Assembly (NCBI GenBank): GCA_049424145.1
Contig: JBMSSC010000052.1
Location: 1-17,253, forward strand
Source of the DNA: Bdellovibrionia bacterium
GTDB lineage: Bacteria; Bdellovibrionota; UBA1018
DNA: 17,253 nt
Reading direction: 5' to 3'
Shown piece after piece: positions 1 to 8,138 of the stretch. The first letter of the stretch is position 1; each line of letters starts with the position of its first letter. A program made the position numbers and the translations under genes. The notes beneath the pieces were generated by a model that saw only the letters and a program-made list of their open reading frames with translations, had not been told where the DNA came from and did no database searches.

Positions 1-96
1 CTGCTGTTGAGCTTGAGCTTGCGCTCACGGAGTCGAAAACTCCAGGACCTAGGCAGCGAGGCTGCAGAGGATGTTCAAAGCACGATTTCAGTTTAA
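1..96 (+). CDS. Possible 3' end of an upstream gene (partial, product unknown)
   Basis: Frame 1 is open from base 1 to TAA at 94-96 (LLLSLSLRSRSRKLQDLGSEAAEDVQSTISV*), ending 22 bp before galE. Frame 3 is also open to TGA at 99-101, so the frame is ambiguous. Confidence 0.3.
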   Translation: MLLSLSLRSRSRKLQDLGSEAAEDVQSTISV

Positions 97-118
97 TCTG
101 AGGTGAGCAAATCCATCT

Positions 119-1135
119 ATGGCAAAAGTCTTAGTGGTTGGGGGAGCTGGGTATGTGGGGAGCACCGCGTGTGCTTTTTTGCTCGATGCGGGACATGAGG
201 TTTGGGTTTTAGATAACCTCTCCACAGGGCATTCCGAACTTGTTTTAACGAAAAATTTTGTTCAAGCGGATGCCGGGGATCGGAAGGCTTTGGCCAAACT
301 CCTTGCTCGTGAACGCATGGATTGCGTGATGCACTTTGCCGCCAAAAGCTTAGTGGGCGAGAGTTTTCAAAAAAAAGACGAGTACTTTGAGAATAACGTC
401 ACTCAAACCCGCGAGCTCCTTCAATGCCTTTTAGAGTTCGGGGTTCATCGCTTCATCTTCTCCTCCACTTGCGCCATTTTTGGGGATCCAGGCGGTCAGG
501 ATCTTCATGAGAATCTTCCTGAAAAGCCCATTAATCCCTATGGCGAAACCAAGCTTCAAGTGGAAAAAGACCTAAGACAATTGGCTCAGGACACGCCGCT
601 GAACGCCATTGCTTTTCGTTACTTCAATGCAGCAGGAGCCGAGCCCAAGCTTCGCGTTGGCGAATGGCATGAGCCCGAGAGTCATTTGATCCCAAAAGTG
701 ATCCAAGCGCTGATTCAGTCCAGGCCGATTGAGGTGTACGGATCCGATTATCCCACCCCCGATGGCTCCTGCATTCGCGACTACATTCATGTCTGGGATC
801 TGGCCTGGGCTCATTGCGCTGGGATGGAGCGTCTATTGAAGTCGGATGCTAAGAAAAAGACCGGGAGCTTTGAGGCCTTTAACTTAGGCAGTGAAAACGG
901 CTACTCCGTCCAAGAAATCATCCAGGGCTGTGAGTCCGTCACGCAAAAGAAAGCAGAGGTGCTGCTCAAGGAGCGACGCAGTGGAGATCCAGCTCGCTTA
1001 GTCGCTCAGTCCGCTTGGGCAAAAAAAGAACTGGGCTTTGGAAAAAATCTTCAAAGCTTAACGAGCATTCTCTCTTCAGCCTATCAGTGGGAGCTGAAGC
1101 GATTGAAGCTCAAGAGCCTAAGCTCGGCCATTTAA
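119..1135 (+). CDS. galE: UDP-glucose 4-epimerase
   Basis: Rossmann motif VVGGAGYVGS, DNLSTGH, HFAAKSLVGES, FSSTCAIFG, catalytic YGETK (YxxxK), RYFNAAGA and DGSCIRDYIHV. GAGGTG at 100-105 is a possible RBS. Confidence 0.93.
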   Translation: MAKVLVVGGAGYVGSTACAFLLDAGHEVWVLDNLSTGHSELVLTKNFVQADAGDRKALAKLLARERMDCVMHFAAKSLVGESFQKKDEYFENNVTQTRELLQCLLEFGVHRFIFSSTCAIFGDPGGQDLHENLPEKPINPYGETKLQVEKDLRQLAQDTPLNAIAFRYFNAAGAEPKLRVGEWHEPESHLIPKVIQALIQSRPIEVYGSDYPTPDGSCIRDYIHVWDLAWAHCAGMERLLKSDAKKKTGSFEAFNLGSENGYSVQEIIQGCESVTQKKAEVLLKERRSGDPARLVAQSAWAKKELGFGKNLQSLTSILSSAYQWELKRLKLKSLSSAI

Positions 1136-1150
1136 CTTCGTTTGACTCTG

Positions 1151-1627
1151 CTACTTCCTTTCAAAGCGGCCCATGAACTGGATTTCTGCTAGTCGATGCG
1201 GTTCAATGGATTTTAAGAGTTGGGCCTTAGTTAAGCCTGAGGGGAGCTCTAAGGCTTGATTCAGCAAGATGAGCTTAAAAAAATACCGATGCGCTCCATG
1301 TCCTCGTGGAGGCAGGGGGCCGCCGTAGCCTAAGCTCCCCCAGGAGTTAATTCCCTGCTTGGCTTCAATGGGTTGCCTGAGTTGGGCTTTCTGTGAGATT
1401 CCCTCAGGGATTTGCGAGGTAGTCTCAGGGTTAATCCCATAAATCACCCAATGGACCCAGGATTCAGGGCCTGGGGCATCGGGGTCTTCGCAGATGAGCG
1501 CCAGTTGCTTGGTGTTTTTGGGCAGTCCTGACCACCTAAGCGGAGGAGAGAGGTTTTGACCCTCTCCGGTGTAGCAGGTGGGGATGAGATCTCCTTCACG
1601 AAACTGGGGGCTGGAGAGAATGATCAT
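1151..1627 (-). CDS. YbhB/YbcL family Raf kinase inhibitor-like (PEBP) protein
   Basis: Family motifs SPPLRWS, EDPDAP, WVHW and GYGGPLPPRGHGAHRYFF. AAGGA RBS precedes the ATG. No signal peptide, so YbhB-like. Confidence 0.92.
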   Translation of the reverse strand: MIILSSPQFREGDLIPTCYTGEGQNLSPPLRWSGLPKNTKQLALICEDPDAPGPESWVHWVIYGINPETTSQIPEGISQKAQLRQPIEAKQGINSWGSLGYGGPLPPRGHGAHRYFFKLILLNQALELPSGLTKAQLLKSIEPHRLAEIQFMGRFERK

Positions 1628-1777
1628 AGCGCATCCTTTTTAGTTTCCTGATCCTCATGCAAATTGGAGCAGCAACCCAAAAAAAGGGGGGGCGATCTTT
1701 CTCTCTTTTGAGGATCTTCTTTTCATCTCAGATGAGAACGGCTTTAAGCGGTGCGTTTTAAAGGTAGCTTAGGGTTT

Positions 1778-3490
1778 CTAGTACTCAAAAACGTCCGGAA
1801 AATGCAAATCAATCACCAGACTCTGGGTTTGATCCGGGTGGTAGGGTGCCTCCATTCCATGAGCAAACGCCTCGGAAAGCTTGGGTTCAGGAATGCAGGG
1901 GTGTTTTTGATAAAGCTCAAGGGCCTGGCTTCGCTCATCTCGTAAGTCATGCAAGCGAGCAAGAAATAGATCTCTCACCATCGTGGTGTGAAGAGTGAGG
2001 GATCCCGAGAGGGTCTGGGTTAAGTAAGCAAAGGCCTTGTCAAATTGCTTGAGCTTAAAGGCAATGAGTGCCGCTTGGATGAGGAGGTGCTCGTCGTTGG
2101 GATAGAGAGCAGCAGCTCGTTCCAAGGAGGTGAGCGCTGGGCCTAAATCGTTTGCGTCATGCGTGTTCATATGAAAATGACAATACGCGCTTCGGTAGGC
2201 ATGGATGGCTTCTTTCAGTTTTGGGTGCTTCGGTTGATACCCTGGGATCACCTCCATGGAAGATTCATACTCTTGAAGAGGGGTGTTCCAAAAACGCTTC
2301 GTATCGACTTCAATAAAATCCCCGAGTCCCACAGGGGAGTGAAGTCGATTGGATATCCAGAACCTCAGTTGCTCAGGGTCGAATACGGCCGAGTTGACGG
2401 TCGTGGTGACACTGATGGTGTTGGCAAAGATGCGCTCGCTTTGGGAATACGGATCCACGTGATCCCCTAAGGTTTGAATGAGGTGTCTTGCGGTGAGTTC
2501 TCCTCGATGTTCTTCGAGCAGAGATCTCATTCGACAAAAACGGCCTTCGAGGTCATCTCGGTATCCACCCGAGATGAGGGCTTCTTCTTTCTGCAGGGCC
2601 GGATGATGAAAGTAGTTCGTCTGACTAATGTACCCCTCCTCGGTGCTTCGGACTTGAATATCATTGGGGGTGATCTCAATGACGATTGCCTCTTGCTCTT
2701 GAGCACTTGAGATCACAAGCGACCAATTCGAGTACGTCTGATGTTTTTTGGCAATCTCAATGGCTTGTCCCAAAGTCTTAGCCCGTCGCATGATCTCATC
2801 GCCGATGAAGACCATGGGGGTGCCCTTCAATGAAATGCGCCTTCCAAAATGAGCGTGGATAAAAACGGTGAGTCCTTCCAAGTTCATGGCTGTAACGCCT
2901 GCGAAATGAACTCCAGCCGTCGTGAGCGTCCAGTGAGGGATCTCTCCCGGTTCACTCGGCTCGTTGAAAAGCACGGTGGGGTGGGCCTCCCAGGGGCCAA
3001 CAATTGGGTAATCCAGATTTCGGCAGGAAAGCAGTCGCTTTTCTTGGGTCCAGTTTTTTAAAACCACAGCACTGGTGCACCCGGGGAGATGAGATTGAGT
3101 GACCCAATCAGGCAGCAAGTGCCTCATCACTGAGGTGCGTGCCAGGAGCATCATCGCATCGGCTTGAAAAAGCCCCTCGTAAAAAATAGACTCAGGAATT
3201 TCAGCTGCCGCGCTTGCCTCTGCAATAGCATGTTTGAGCTCCCGCTTGAGGCTTAGTCCCATATAAGGCAAGAGCGTGTGCCGGTAGAGGCGAACTACGA
3301 GGTTTTGAATCAGCGGGATCTGAAGCAAGCCTGGACCTCGTCGAATGAGTCCTTCATTTTTTTTAGCGAGTGCGGGGAGGGCTCCAGTTTGGATTTCTTT
3401 TTTTAAAAGCGCGTAATGGGCCTTGAGTCTCTCAGATAGGCTTCCCTTCAGTTTTAAGAAGTGAACGCCTCGAAGAATTCGATGGTTCAT
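1778..3490 (-). CDS. C45 family autoproteolytic Ntn-hydrolase/acyltransferase with C-terminal TPR-like helices
   Basis: G-CTS autocleavage site (Cys codon 3079-3077), RNLDY, GVTAMNLEGL and QTNYF match the C45/AAT pattern. The C-terminal LERAAALYPND...QFDKAFAYL is TPR-like. ATG 3490 is preferred over GTG 3502 because AAGGTG lies 9 nt upstream of it. Confidence 0.82.
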   Translation of the reverse strand: MNHRILRGVHFLKLKGSLSERLKAHYALLKKEIQTGALPALAKKNEGLIRRGPGLLQIPLIQNLVVRLYRHTLLPYMGLSLKRELKHAIAEASAAAEIPESIFYEGLFQADAMMLLARTSVMRHLLPDWVTQSHLPGCTSAVVLKNWTQEKRLLSCRNLDYPIVGPWEAHPTVLFNEPSEPGEIPHWTLTTAGVHFAGVTAMNLEGLTVFIHAHFGRRISLKGTPMVFIGDEIMRRAKTLGQAIEIAKKHQTYSNWSLVISSAQEQEAIVIEITPNDIQVRSTEEGYISQTNYFHHPALQKEEALISGGYRDDLEGRFCRMRSLLEEHRGELTARHLIQTLGDHVDPYSQSERIFANTISVTTTVNSAVFDPEQLRFWISNRLHSPVGLGDFIEVDTKRFWNTPLQEYESSMEVIPGYQPKHPKLKEAIHAYRSAYCHFHMNTHDANDLGPALTSLERAAALYPNDEHLLIQAALIAFKLKQFDKAFAYLTQTLSGSLTLHTTMVRDLFLARLHDLRDERSQALELYQKHPCIPEPKLSEAFAHGMEAPYHPDQTQSLVIDLHFPDVFEY

Positions 3491-3511
3491 AAATAAAAGC
3501 ACCTTTTTATG

Positions 3512-3540
3512 ATTTTAACGCTTTTTTAAACTTGTTTTAA
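3512..3540 (-). promoter_or_regulatory. Putative sigma70-type promoter for the C45 gene
   Basis: Minus-strand TTAAAA (3540-3535), 17 bp spacer, TAAAAT (3517-3512), just upstream of the RBS. The context is AT-rich, so a chance match is possible. Confidence 0.35.
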
Positions 3541-3832
3541 AGTAAAAATAGAGAACCTAAGGAGTTCCTGGGTCTGCTCAGAGAGTGCCGCATTTAGATG
3601 GGTGATCTTGTTGGTAGAAATGAAGTGATGCTGGGTCACATTTGAGCGGGAAGATGACTTGAAATCAATTAAAAAGTTGAATAGGTGAACTCATTTGATG
3701 AAGAGCGGGGCTGAAGCTTTGGTGTGCTCTGAGTCTGGTCTTTGCAGTTCATGAGATGAATGACGTCACGAGGGGGTTCGAAGCACAGGTGATGAGGTGA
3801 TCTTCGGACTCGTTTCTTTCTCGTTTCATTCC

Positions 3833-3860
3833 AGATCAAAGATCAAAGATCAAAGATCAG
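3833..3860. repeat. 7-bp tandem repeat (AGATCAA)x3 + AGATCAG
   Basis: Units at 3833, 3840, 3847 and 3854 read directly from the sequence. The array spans the stop codon of the 140-aa gene. Confidence 0.9.
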
Positions 3861-4272
3861 AACGATCGGATTGAAAAAGGAGTCTTTCAGCCTCTTCGGG
3901 TGCGATCTTTCCCTCAGCCACGGCAGTTAGGATGGTGAGCCGTGCTGCCCGCAAGTCCATCGGTTCTGTGTGGGTTTGGATCTCAGAGGAGGCAGTCTGC
4001 GTCTCAATTGGGATGGTCGGCTGGGTTGGGCTTCCCTGTGACAGCATAATGCGAGTAATTTTTTCCTTAAACCCGGGAGGTAAGTTTCTTTCAAATTCCT
4101 CAAGATCCTTGCGGACGTCTAACCCTGCCATCGTATTATGCATGAGGCTTTGCATCCGACTGAGCTGATCAGGGGGGAGACTTTGAATGAGCTGGGAGAG
4201 CTCCATTAAGACTTTTGGGTCCATCTTGCTTGGGTCAAAACCAGGAATGCCAAAGGGTGAAAAAGAGCTCAT
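3850..4272 (-). CDS. Hypothetical protein with C-terminal SHOCT-like motif
   Basis: 140 aa. Met/Pro-rich helical N-terminus, a Pro/Thr/Gln linker, then ARLTILTAVAEGKIAPEEAERLL, resembling the SHOCT-like pattern RxxILxxxxEGKIxxEEAxxLL. Confidence 0.72.
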   Translation of the reverse strand: MSSFSPFGIPGFDPSKMDPKVLMELSQLIQSLPPDQLSRMQSLMHNTMAGLDVRKDLEEFERNLPPGFKEKITRIMLSQGSPTQPTIPIETQTASSEIQTHTEPMDLRAARLTILTAVAEGKIAPEEAERLLFQSDRSDL

Positions 4273-4368
4273 AGGAAACCTGTTGGATCAAAATGAGAGG
4301 GATTTGTCAATCGGATCATATCTCAAAAGGCGGGAAATTCCTGCGTACATTTTGCGGCAAGTCTTTCA

Positions 4369-4401
4369 GCCCAGGCAAATCGCATGTCGTTTTGCCTGGG
4401 C
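4369..4401. repeat. Intergenic inverted repeat / hairpin
   Basis: GCCCAGGCAAA (4369-4379) is the exact reverse complement of TTTGCCTGGGC (4391-4401), with an 11-nt spacer. Confidence 0.8.
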
Positions 4402-4610
4402 CGTTCTTCAGATTGGATGGATCAAGCACATGAGCTTCTGTTTTTGAAAGATCTGAATGATTTAAATTGATTTTTTGTTTTGCCTATGGTTTTCACGGGG
4501 AAAAATGGGCGCTTTTGAGAAAGTATTTTTCTGAAAAGTTTTGTGGAAGATCCTCTTTATGGATTCAGTTTAGTCCATTTTTAATTTCCCAATGAGCGTA
4601 AAAATTAAAC

Positions 4611-6068
4611 ATGATAAAAAAAGAATCGAATATTCATCTCTCTCGTTTTCGCGTGACTTTTTTTCAGAAGCGGAAACGGAGTCTTCTTCCCTTGATTTCC
4701 CTTTGCTGCATTGGTTGGGGACCATGGGTTGTGGCATCGCCTTCCATTTTTAGGCACGCTCATTTGGGCCAACTGGGGCAAGTGAGGCACCTTTTAGATG
4801 CAGGTGCTTCTGTTCATCAAGTCGATCACGAAGGAAATACGCCGCTCCTTTTGGCCGCAGAAAACGGTCATCTTTTAGTGGTTCAGTTGCTCTTGGAGCG
4901 AGGCGTGAATGCGGATCAGGCCAATGAATTGGGGATTACCCCTCTGATGGTGGCCTCCAATGAAGGCCATCCCGAAGTCGTGCGTGTGCTCCTTGAGCAT
5001 GGAGCCAGTGTCAATCGGACCACTCATGAGGGGTGTTCCGCTTTAACGCTTGCCGCGGAAGAAGGACAGCTGGACGTAGTGAGGCTTCTTTTGGATCATG
5101 GTGCTCAGGTGGATCAGTTGGAGGACACGGGCCTTACCGCTTTGATGAGGGCTGCAAGAGCAGGTGATGAGCACATGGTTTCCCTGCTTTTAGAGTATGA
5201 GCCTACGGTTGATCTGCAGGATGGAATTGGTGATACGGCTTTGTTTGAAGCGGCATCGCAGGGGCATGTTGCGGTGGTTGAGCTTCTTGTGGAAGCAGGG
5301 GCGGATGTGAATCATGCAAATGAAGACGGAAATACCCCACTGATTTTGGCTTCTGTGGAAGGACGAGATGAAGTCGTGGGCTTTCTCTTGGATCGAGGAG
5401 CGCAGGTCGATCATCTGAATCGATATGGGAATTTTGCTCTAGCCATGGCCTCAGGAGCGGGGCACGAGTCCGTGGTCAGGCTCCTGCTGGAGTCGGGTGC
5501 AGAAGTGGATCGGGTTAATGAATTTGGAAATACGCCTTTGACCATTGCTGCGTCTTTGGGGAATGCGTCTGTTGCTCGGGTCTTAGTGAATTTTGATGCC
5601 AACGTGAATCAACGGGGGGAGTATGGGTCAACGCCCCTGATGATTGCGGCTCGATGGGGGCAATTTGAGGTGGCTCATTTTTTGTTGACGAAAGGGGCTT
5701 TTGTCAACGCTCTGGACGACTATGGAGCCACGGCTTTGAACTTTGCGGCTGAAGATGGCAATGTTGCCATGGCGAGGCTTTTTCTGGCGCATGGGGCAAA
5801 TCCTAATCAGCCGGATCGTTTTGGGTTAACCCCGCTTTTAGTAGCCACTGAAGCAGGAAATCATCAGATGGTCAGACTGTTGCTCTCAAAAGGTGCTTGG
5901 GCTTCTCAGCTGGCGCACGATGGAAGTACTGTTTTGCAAGTAGCTTTTGAGCGGAGGCATTTGGCCGTCGCGCAAGCTCTCCTCGAGCATGGGGCTCAAG
6001 CTCCACGCGATTGGAGAGTCGAGATACGAGAGTTTGATGAAGTTGAGTTAGGCGCTAGGCGATACTGA
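4611..6068 (+). CDS. Ankyrin repeat protein (about 13 repeats), probably exported
   Basis: Twelve in-register 33-aa repeats (GxT/SxLxxAxxxGxxxxVxxLLxxGA) plus one degenerate first repeat. The N-terminal KRKR + hydrophobic stretch + VVA-S resembles a signal peptide. The start codon is uncertain. Confidence 0.93.
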   Translation: MIKKESNIHLSRFRVTFFQKRKRSLLPLISLCCIGWGPWVVASPSIFRHAHLGQLGQVRHLLDAGASVHQVDHEGNTPLLLAAENGHLLVVQLLLERGVNADQANELGITPLMVASNEGHPEVVRVLLEHGASVNRTTHEGCSALTLAAEEGQLDVVRLLLDHGAQVDQLEDTGLTALMRAARAGDEHMVSLLLEYEPTVDLQDGIGDTALFEAASQGHVAVVELLVEAGADVNHANEDGNTPLILASVEGRDEVVGFLLDRGAQVDHLNRYGNFALAMASGAGHESVVRLLLESGAEVDRVNEFGNTPLTIAASLGNASVARVLVNFDANVNQRGEYGSTPLMIAARWGQFEVAHFLLTKGAFVNALDDYGATALNFAAEDGNVAMARLFLAHGANPNQPDRFGLTPLLVATEAGNHQMVRLLLSKGAWASQLAHDGSTVLQVAFERRHLAVAQALLEHGAQAPRDWRVEIREFDEVELGARRY

Positions 6069-7283
6069 GGTTTGCCTCGGAGTCGCAAGGTTCAGCTCAG
6101 GCTTCCAATCCCGGTGGCGTTCCGTTCCCTTGGCTGTCCCAAAAATACTGCGCAGCTGACCGCAGGCCGCTAAAATATCCTGCCCGCGGGAGATGCGAAC
6201 CGTAGCGGTGACACCGCGGTCTAAGAGGAACTTTTGAAACGTTTTGACGCGCTCATCAGAGGGGCGTTTGAACTCGGAGCCTGAGTGCTCGTTAAAGGGG
6301 ATGAGATTGAGCTTGCAGCGGATGCCTCGGGTCAGCTGAATGATGCGAGCCGCGTCCTCTAGGGAGTCGTTCAGATCCTTGAGTAAAACGTATTCAAAAG
6401 TGATGCGTCGATGACTGCCTAAGGGGTAGCGGCGACACACGTCTAGGAGCTGTTCTAGGTTCCATTTTTTATTCACTGGCATGATCCGCGACCGTTGCTC
6501 ATCGGTTGTTCCATTGAGGGAGATCGCAAGCGATACGTCCACGGTTTGACCCAGTTTTTCAATGGCGGGAACTAAGCCGCTGGTGCTGACGGTGACCTTG
6601 CGCTTGGAGAAGTTTAGTCCAAACTCGTCCAGGAGAATTTGGCAGGCTTGTGTGACATTCTCAAAATTATGGAGCGGCTCTCCCATGCCCATGAACACGA
6701 TGTTAGTGATGGGCGCAAGGCGCCTTAACTCAAAGACTTGGGTGACAATCTCATGGGTTTTTAGGTTTCGATCTAAGCCTTGGACGCCCGTTAAGCAGAA
6801 CTTACAGGCCATGGCGCAGCCCACTTGGCTGGAGATGCACGCCGTAAGCCTTCTCCAGTGTTCAGAGGCCAGGCGCTCACCCGAGGGTCTTCCCCGAAAC
6901 GCATCCTCCTCTTCGGGCTCTTCTTTCTCTTGGAGGGCTGCAGGGATCACCACGCTTTCAATCGTTTTTCCGTCCGAAAGACTCCAGAGGAATTTATGGG
7001 TTCCGTCTAAGGCCTGGTGACTGGTCTTCTCCTGCAGTCTGAAGATCTCCACGTTTTCCGTCAGCCAGGTGCGTAACTCCTTGGAAAGATCTGTCATTTC
7101 ATCCCAGTCGGTGATGAACCTCTGGTAAACCCATTTAAAGATCTGCTTGGCTCGCATTTGAGCCTGTTTCTGGCAGGCCAACTCAATCTGCTCAGGGCTT
7201 AGGGGTTGTCTTTTCTTTACAGAGCTCAAGGGCCGAAGGAGGCTTGCAAGCTCACTTCGGGTGAGGGATTGAAAATAGATCAT
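6048..7283 (-). CDS. rlmN: Dual-specificity 23S rRNA (A2503)/tRNA (A37) C2-methyltransferase RlmN
   Basis: CISSQVGCAMACKFC (radical SAM CxxxCxxC), NIVFMGMGEPL, VSTSG, ITFEYVLL, NLIPFN and DILAACGQL. ATG 7283 (MIYFQSLTRSEL) fits the usual N-terminus; the ORF extends to 7349. Confidence 0.95.
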   Translation of the reverse strand: MIYFQSLTRSELASLLRPLSSVKKRQPLSPEQIELACQKQAQMRAKQIFKWVYQRFITDWDEMTDLSKELRTWLTENVEIFRLQEKTSHQALDGTHKFLWSLSDGKTIESVVIPAALQEKEEPEEEDAFRGRPSGERLASEHWRRLTACISSQVGCAMACKFCLTGVQGLDRNLKTHEIVTQVFELRRLAPITNIVFMGMGEPLHNFENVTQACQILLDEFGLNFSKRKVTVSTSGLVPAIEKLGQTVDVSLAISLNGTTDEQRSRIMPVNKKWNLEQLLDVCRRYPLGSHRRITFEYVLLKDLNDSLEDAARIIQLTRGIRCKLNLIPFNEHSGSEFKRPSDERVKTFQKFLLDRGVTATVRISRGQDILAACGQLRSIFGTAKGTERHRDWKPELNLATPRQTSVSPSA

Positions 7284-7391
7284 AAAGGTCGGCTTTTTAT
7301 CCCTTTTTTCAAGAAAGGTCAAGGACCTTTGAGAGGCGGGAAGACCCATCGATTTGAGGTGAAAGCAAGCAAGGCCTGCGTCTCGTGTGGC

Positions 7392-8138
7392 TTAGATCCC
7401 TAAGTAGGCTCGACAGGCAATGAGGAATAAAAGTCCCCAGTTTCGTGGAGTCATTTTATGACTTCCTGCTTGGATCGATTTGAGGATCTCGGGCCAGGGA
7501 TTAGGGCTTTTCGACCAGCTTTTCCACTCCTCTGAGGTGACAAATAGGCCTTGGATCGGTACCAGGTAGTTCTCCGAGAGGTGCCTCACCACATCGGTTG
7601 AATGCTTCTTGCGCTCTGGGATCATCCCCGAAAGATCAGGAACCTGAAAAGAGTCTAACCGTCCACGTTTAAAAATCATTAAGAGACTTCGTCCTGAGAC
7701 CCCATCTAAGCGGATAAAAATTCCAAAGTTGGAGGGAAGGAGCTTTTGCCACCAACCTTCAATGGCTTGAAGTAAAAAGTGAGCTGAAGGGTCTAAGGGG
7801 TTTTTCTTATTCTTAAAGCCCGTGACCCACTGAGGCTTGGCTTGGTTTCTTAAAAACAGAGTCTGATCGTAGTAATGAGAAAGGGGGAGGCTGTCTACGA
7901 TGCACTGATCGGTTCTCTCCTGATCGTAGACCACGATTTCACGATGAGGGAATTCCCGGAGTAGCGCATCCGTCTCAGAACCCATCCACTCAGCGAGATC
8001 CTCTGAGTCGGAGAACGCATAGAGAATGGTTTTAGTTTGTGTGAAGAGGTAAATGGGTTGAAGCTGAGAGCTGGGATTGGGCTCTTTTTTTAAGTAAAAA
8101 AGGGACTGAAACTTACGCCAATCGTAATTTAGTTCCAT
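7392..8138 (-). CDS. Hypothetical protein (248 aa, Trp-rich, short hydrophobic C-terminus)
   Basis: Long ORF filling the gap between two co-oriented genes. Its ATG overlaps the upstream gene end by 10 bp. No motif recognised. Confidence 0.75.
   Translation of the reverse strand: MELNYDWRKFQSLFYLKKEPNPSSQLQPIYLFTQTKTILYAFSDSEDLAEWMGSETDALLREFPHREIVVYDQERTDQCIVDSLPLSHYYDQTLFLRNQAKPQWVTGFKNKKNPLDPSAHFLLQAIEGWWQKLLPSNFGIFIRLDGVSGRSLLMIFKRGRLDSFQVPDLSGMIPERKKHSTDVVRHLSENYLVPIQGLFVTSEEWKSWSKSPNPWPEILKSIQAGSHKMTPRNWGLLFLIACRAYLGI

Noticed and set aside
1679..1692. Adjacent A7 and G7 homopolymer runs as a phase-variation tract
   Set aside because: The runs are short and intergenic, with no promoter elements I can place around them.
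3671..3828. Two tiny minus-strand ORFs (about 26 and 27 aa) joined by an ATGA overlap in the spacer
   Set aside because: No convincing RBS or recognisable motif; ORFs of this size are expected by chance.
4340..4410. Possible c-di-GMP-I riboswitch (GGCAAA within a stem)
   Set aside because: The GAAA tetraloop and downstream GACGCAAA elements are not in the required arrangement on either strand.
4820..6000. 99-bp periodicity as a DNA repeat array or CRISPR
   Set aside because: Fully explained by the 33-aa ankyrin coding repeats; the DNA units are diverged and there is no repeat-spacer structure.
6562..7020. 152-aa plus-strand ORF and the other short ORFs nested in or antisense to larger genes
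   Set aside because: They shadow well-supported genes and have no motifs of their own.
6048..7283. Cfr-type resistance methyltransferase
   Set aside because: The motifs (SSQVGCAMAC, GMGEPL, AACGQL) and chromosomal context fit housekeeping RlmN, and there is no mobile element nearby.
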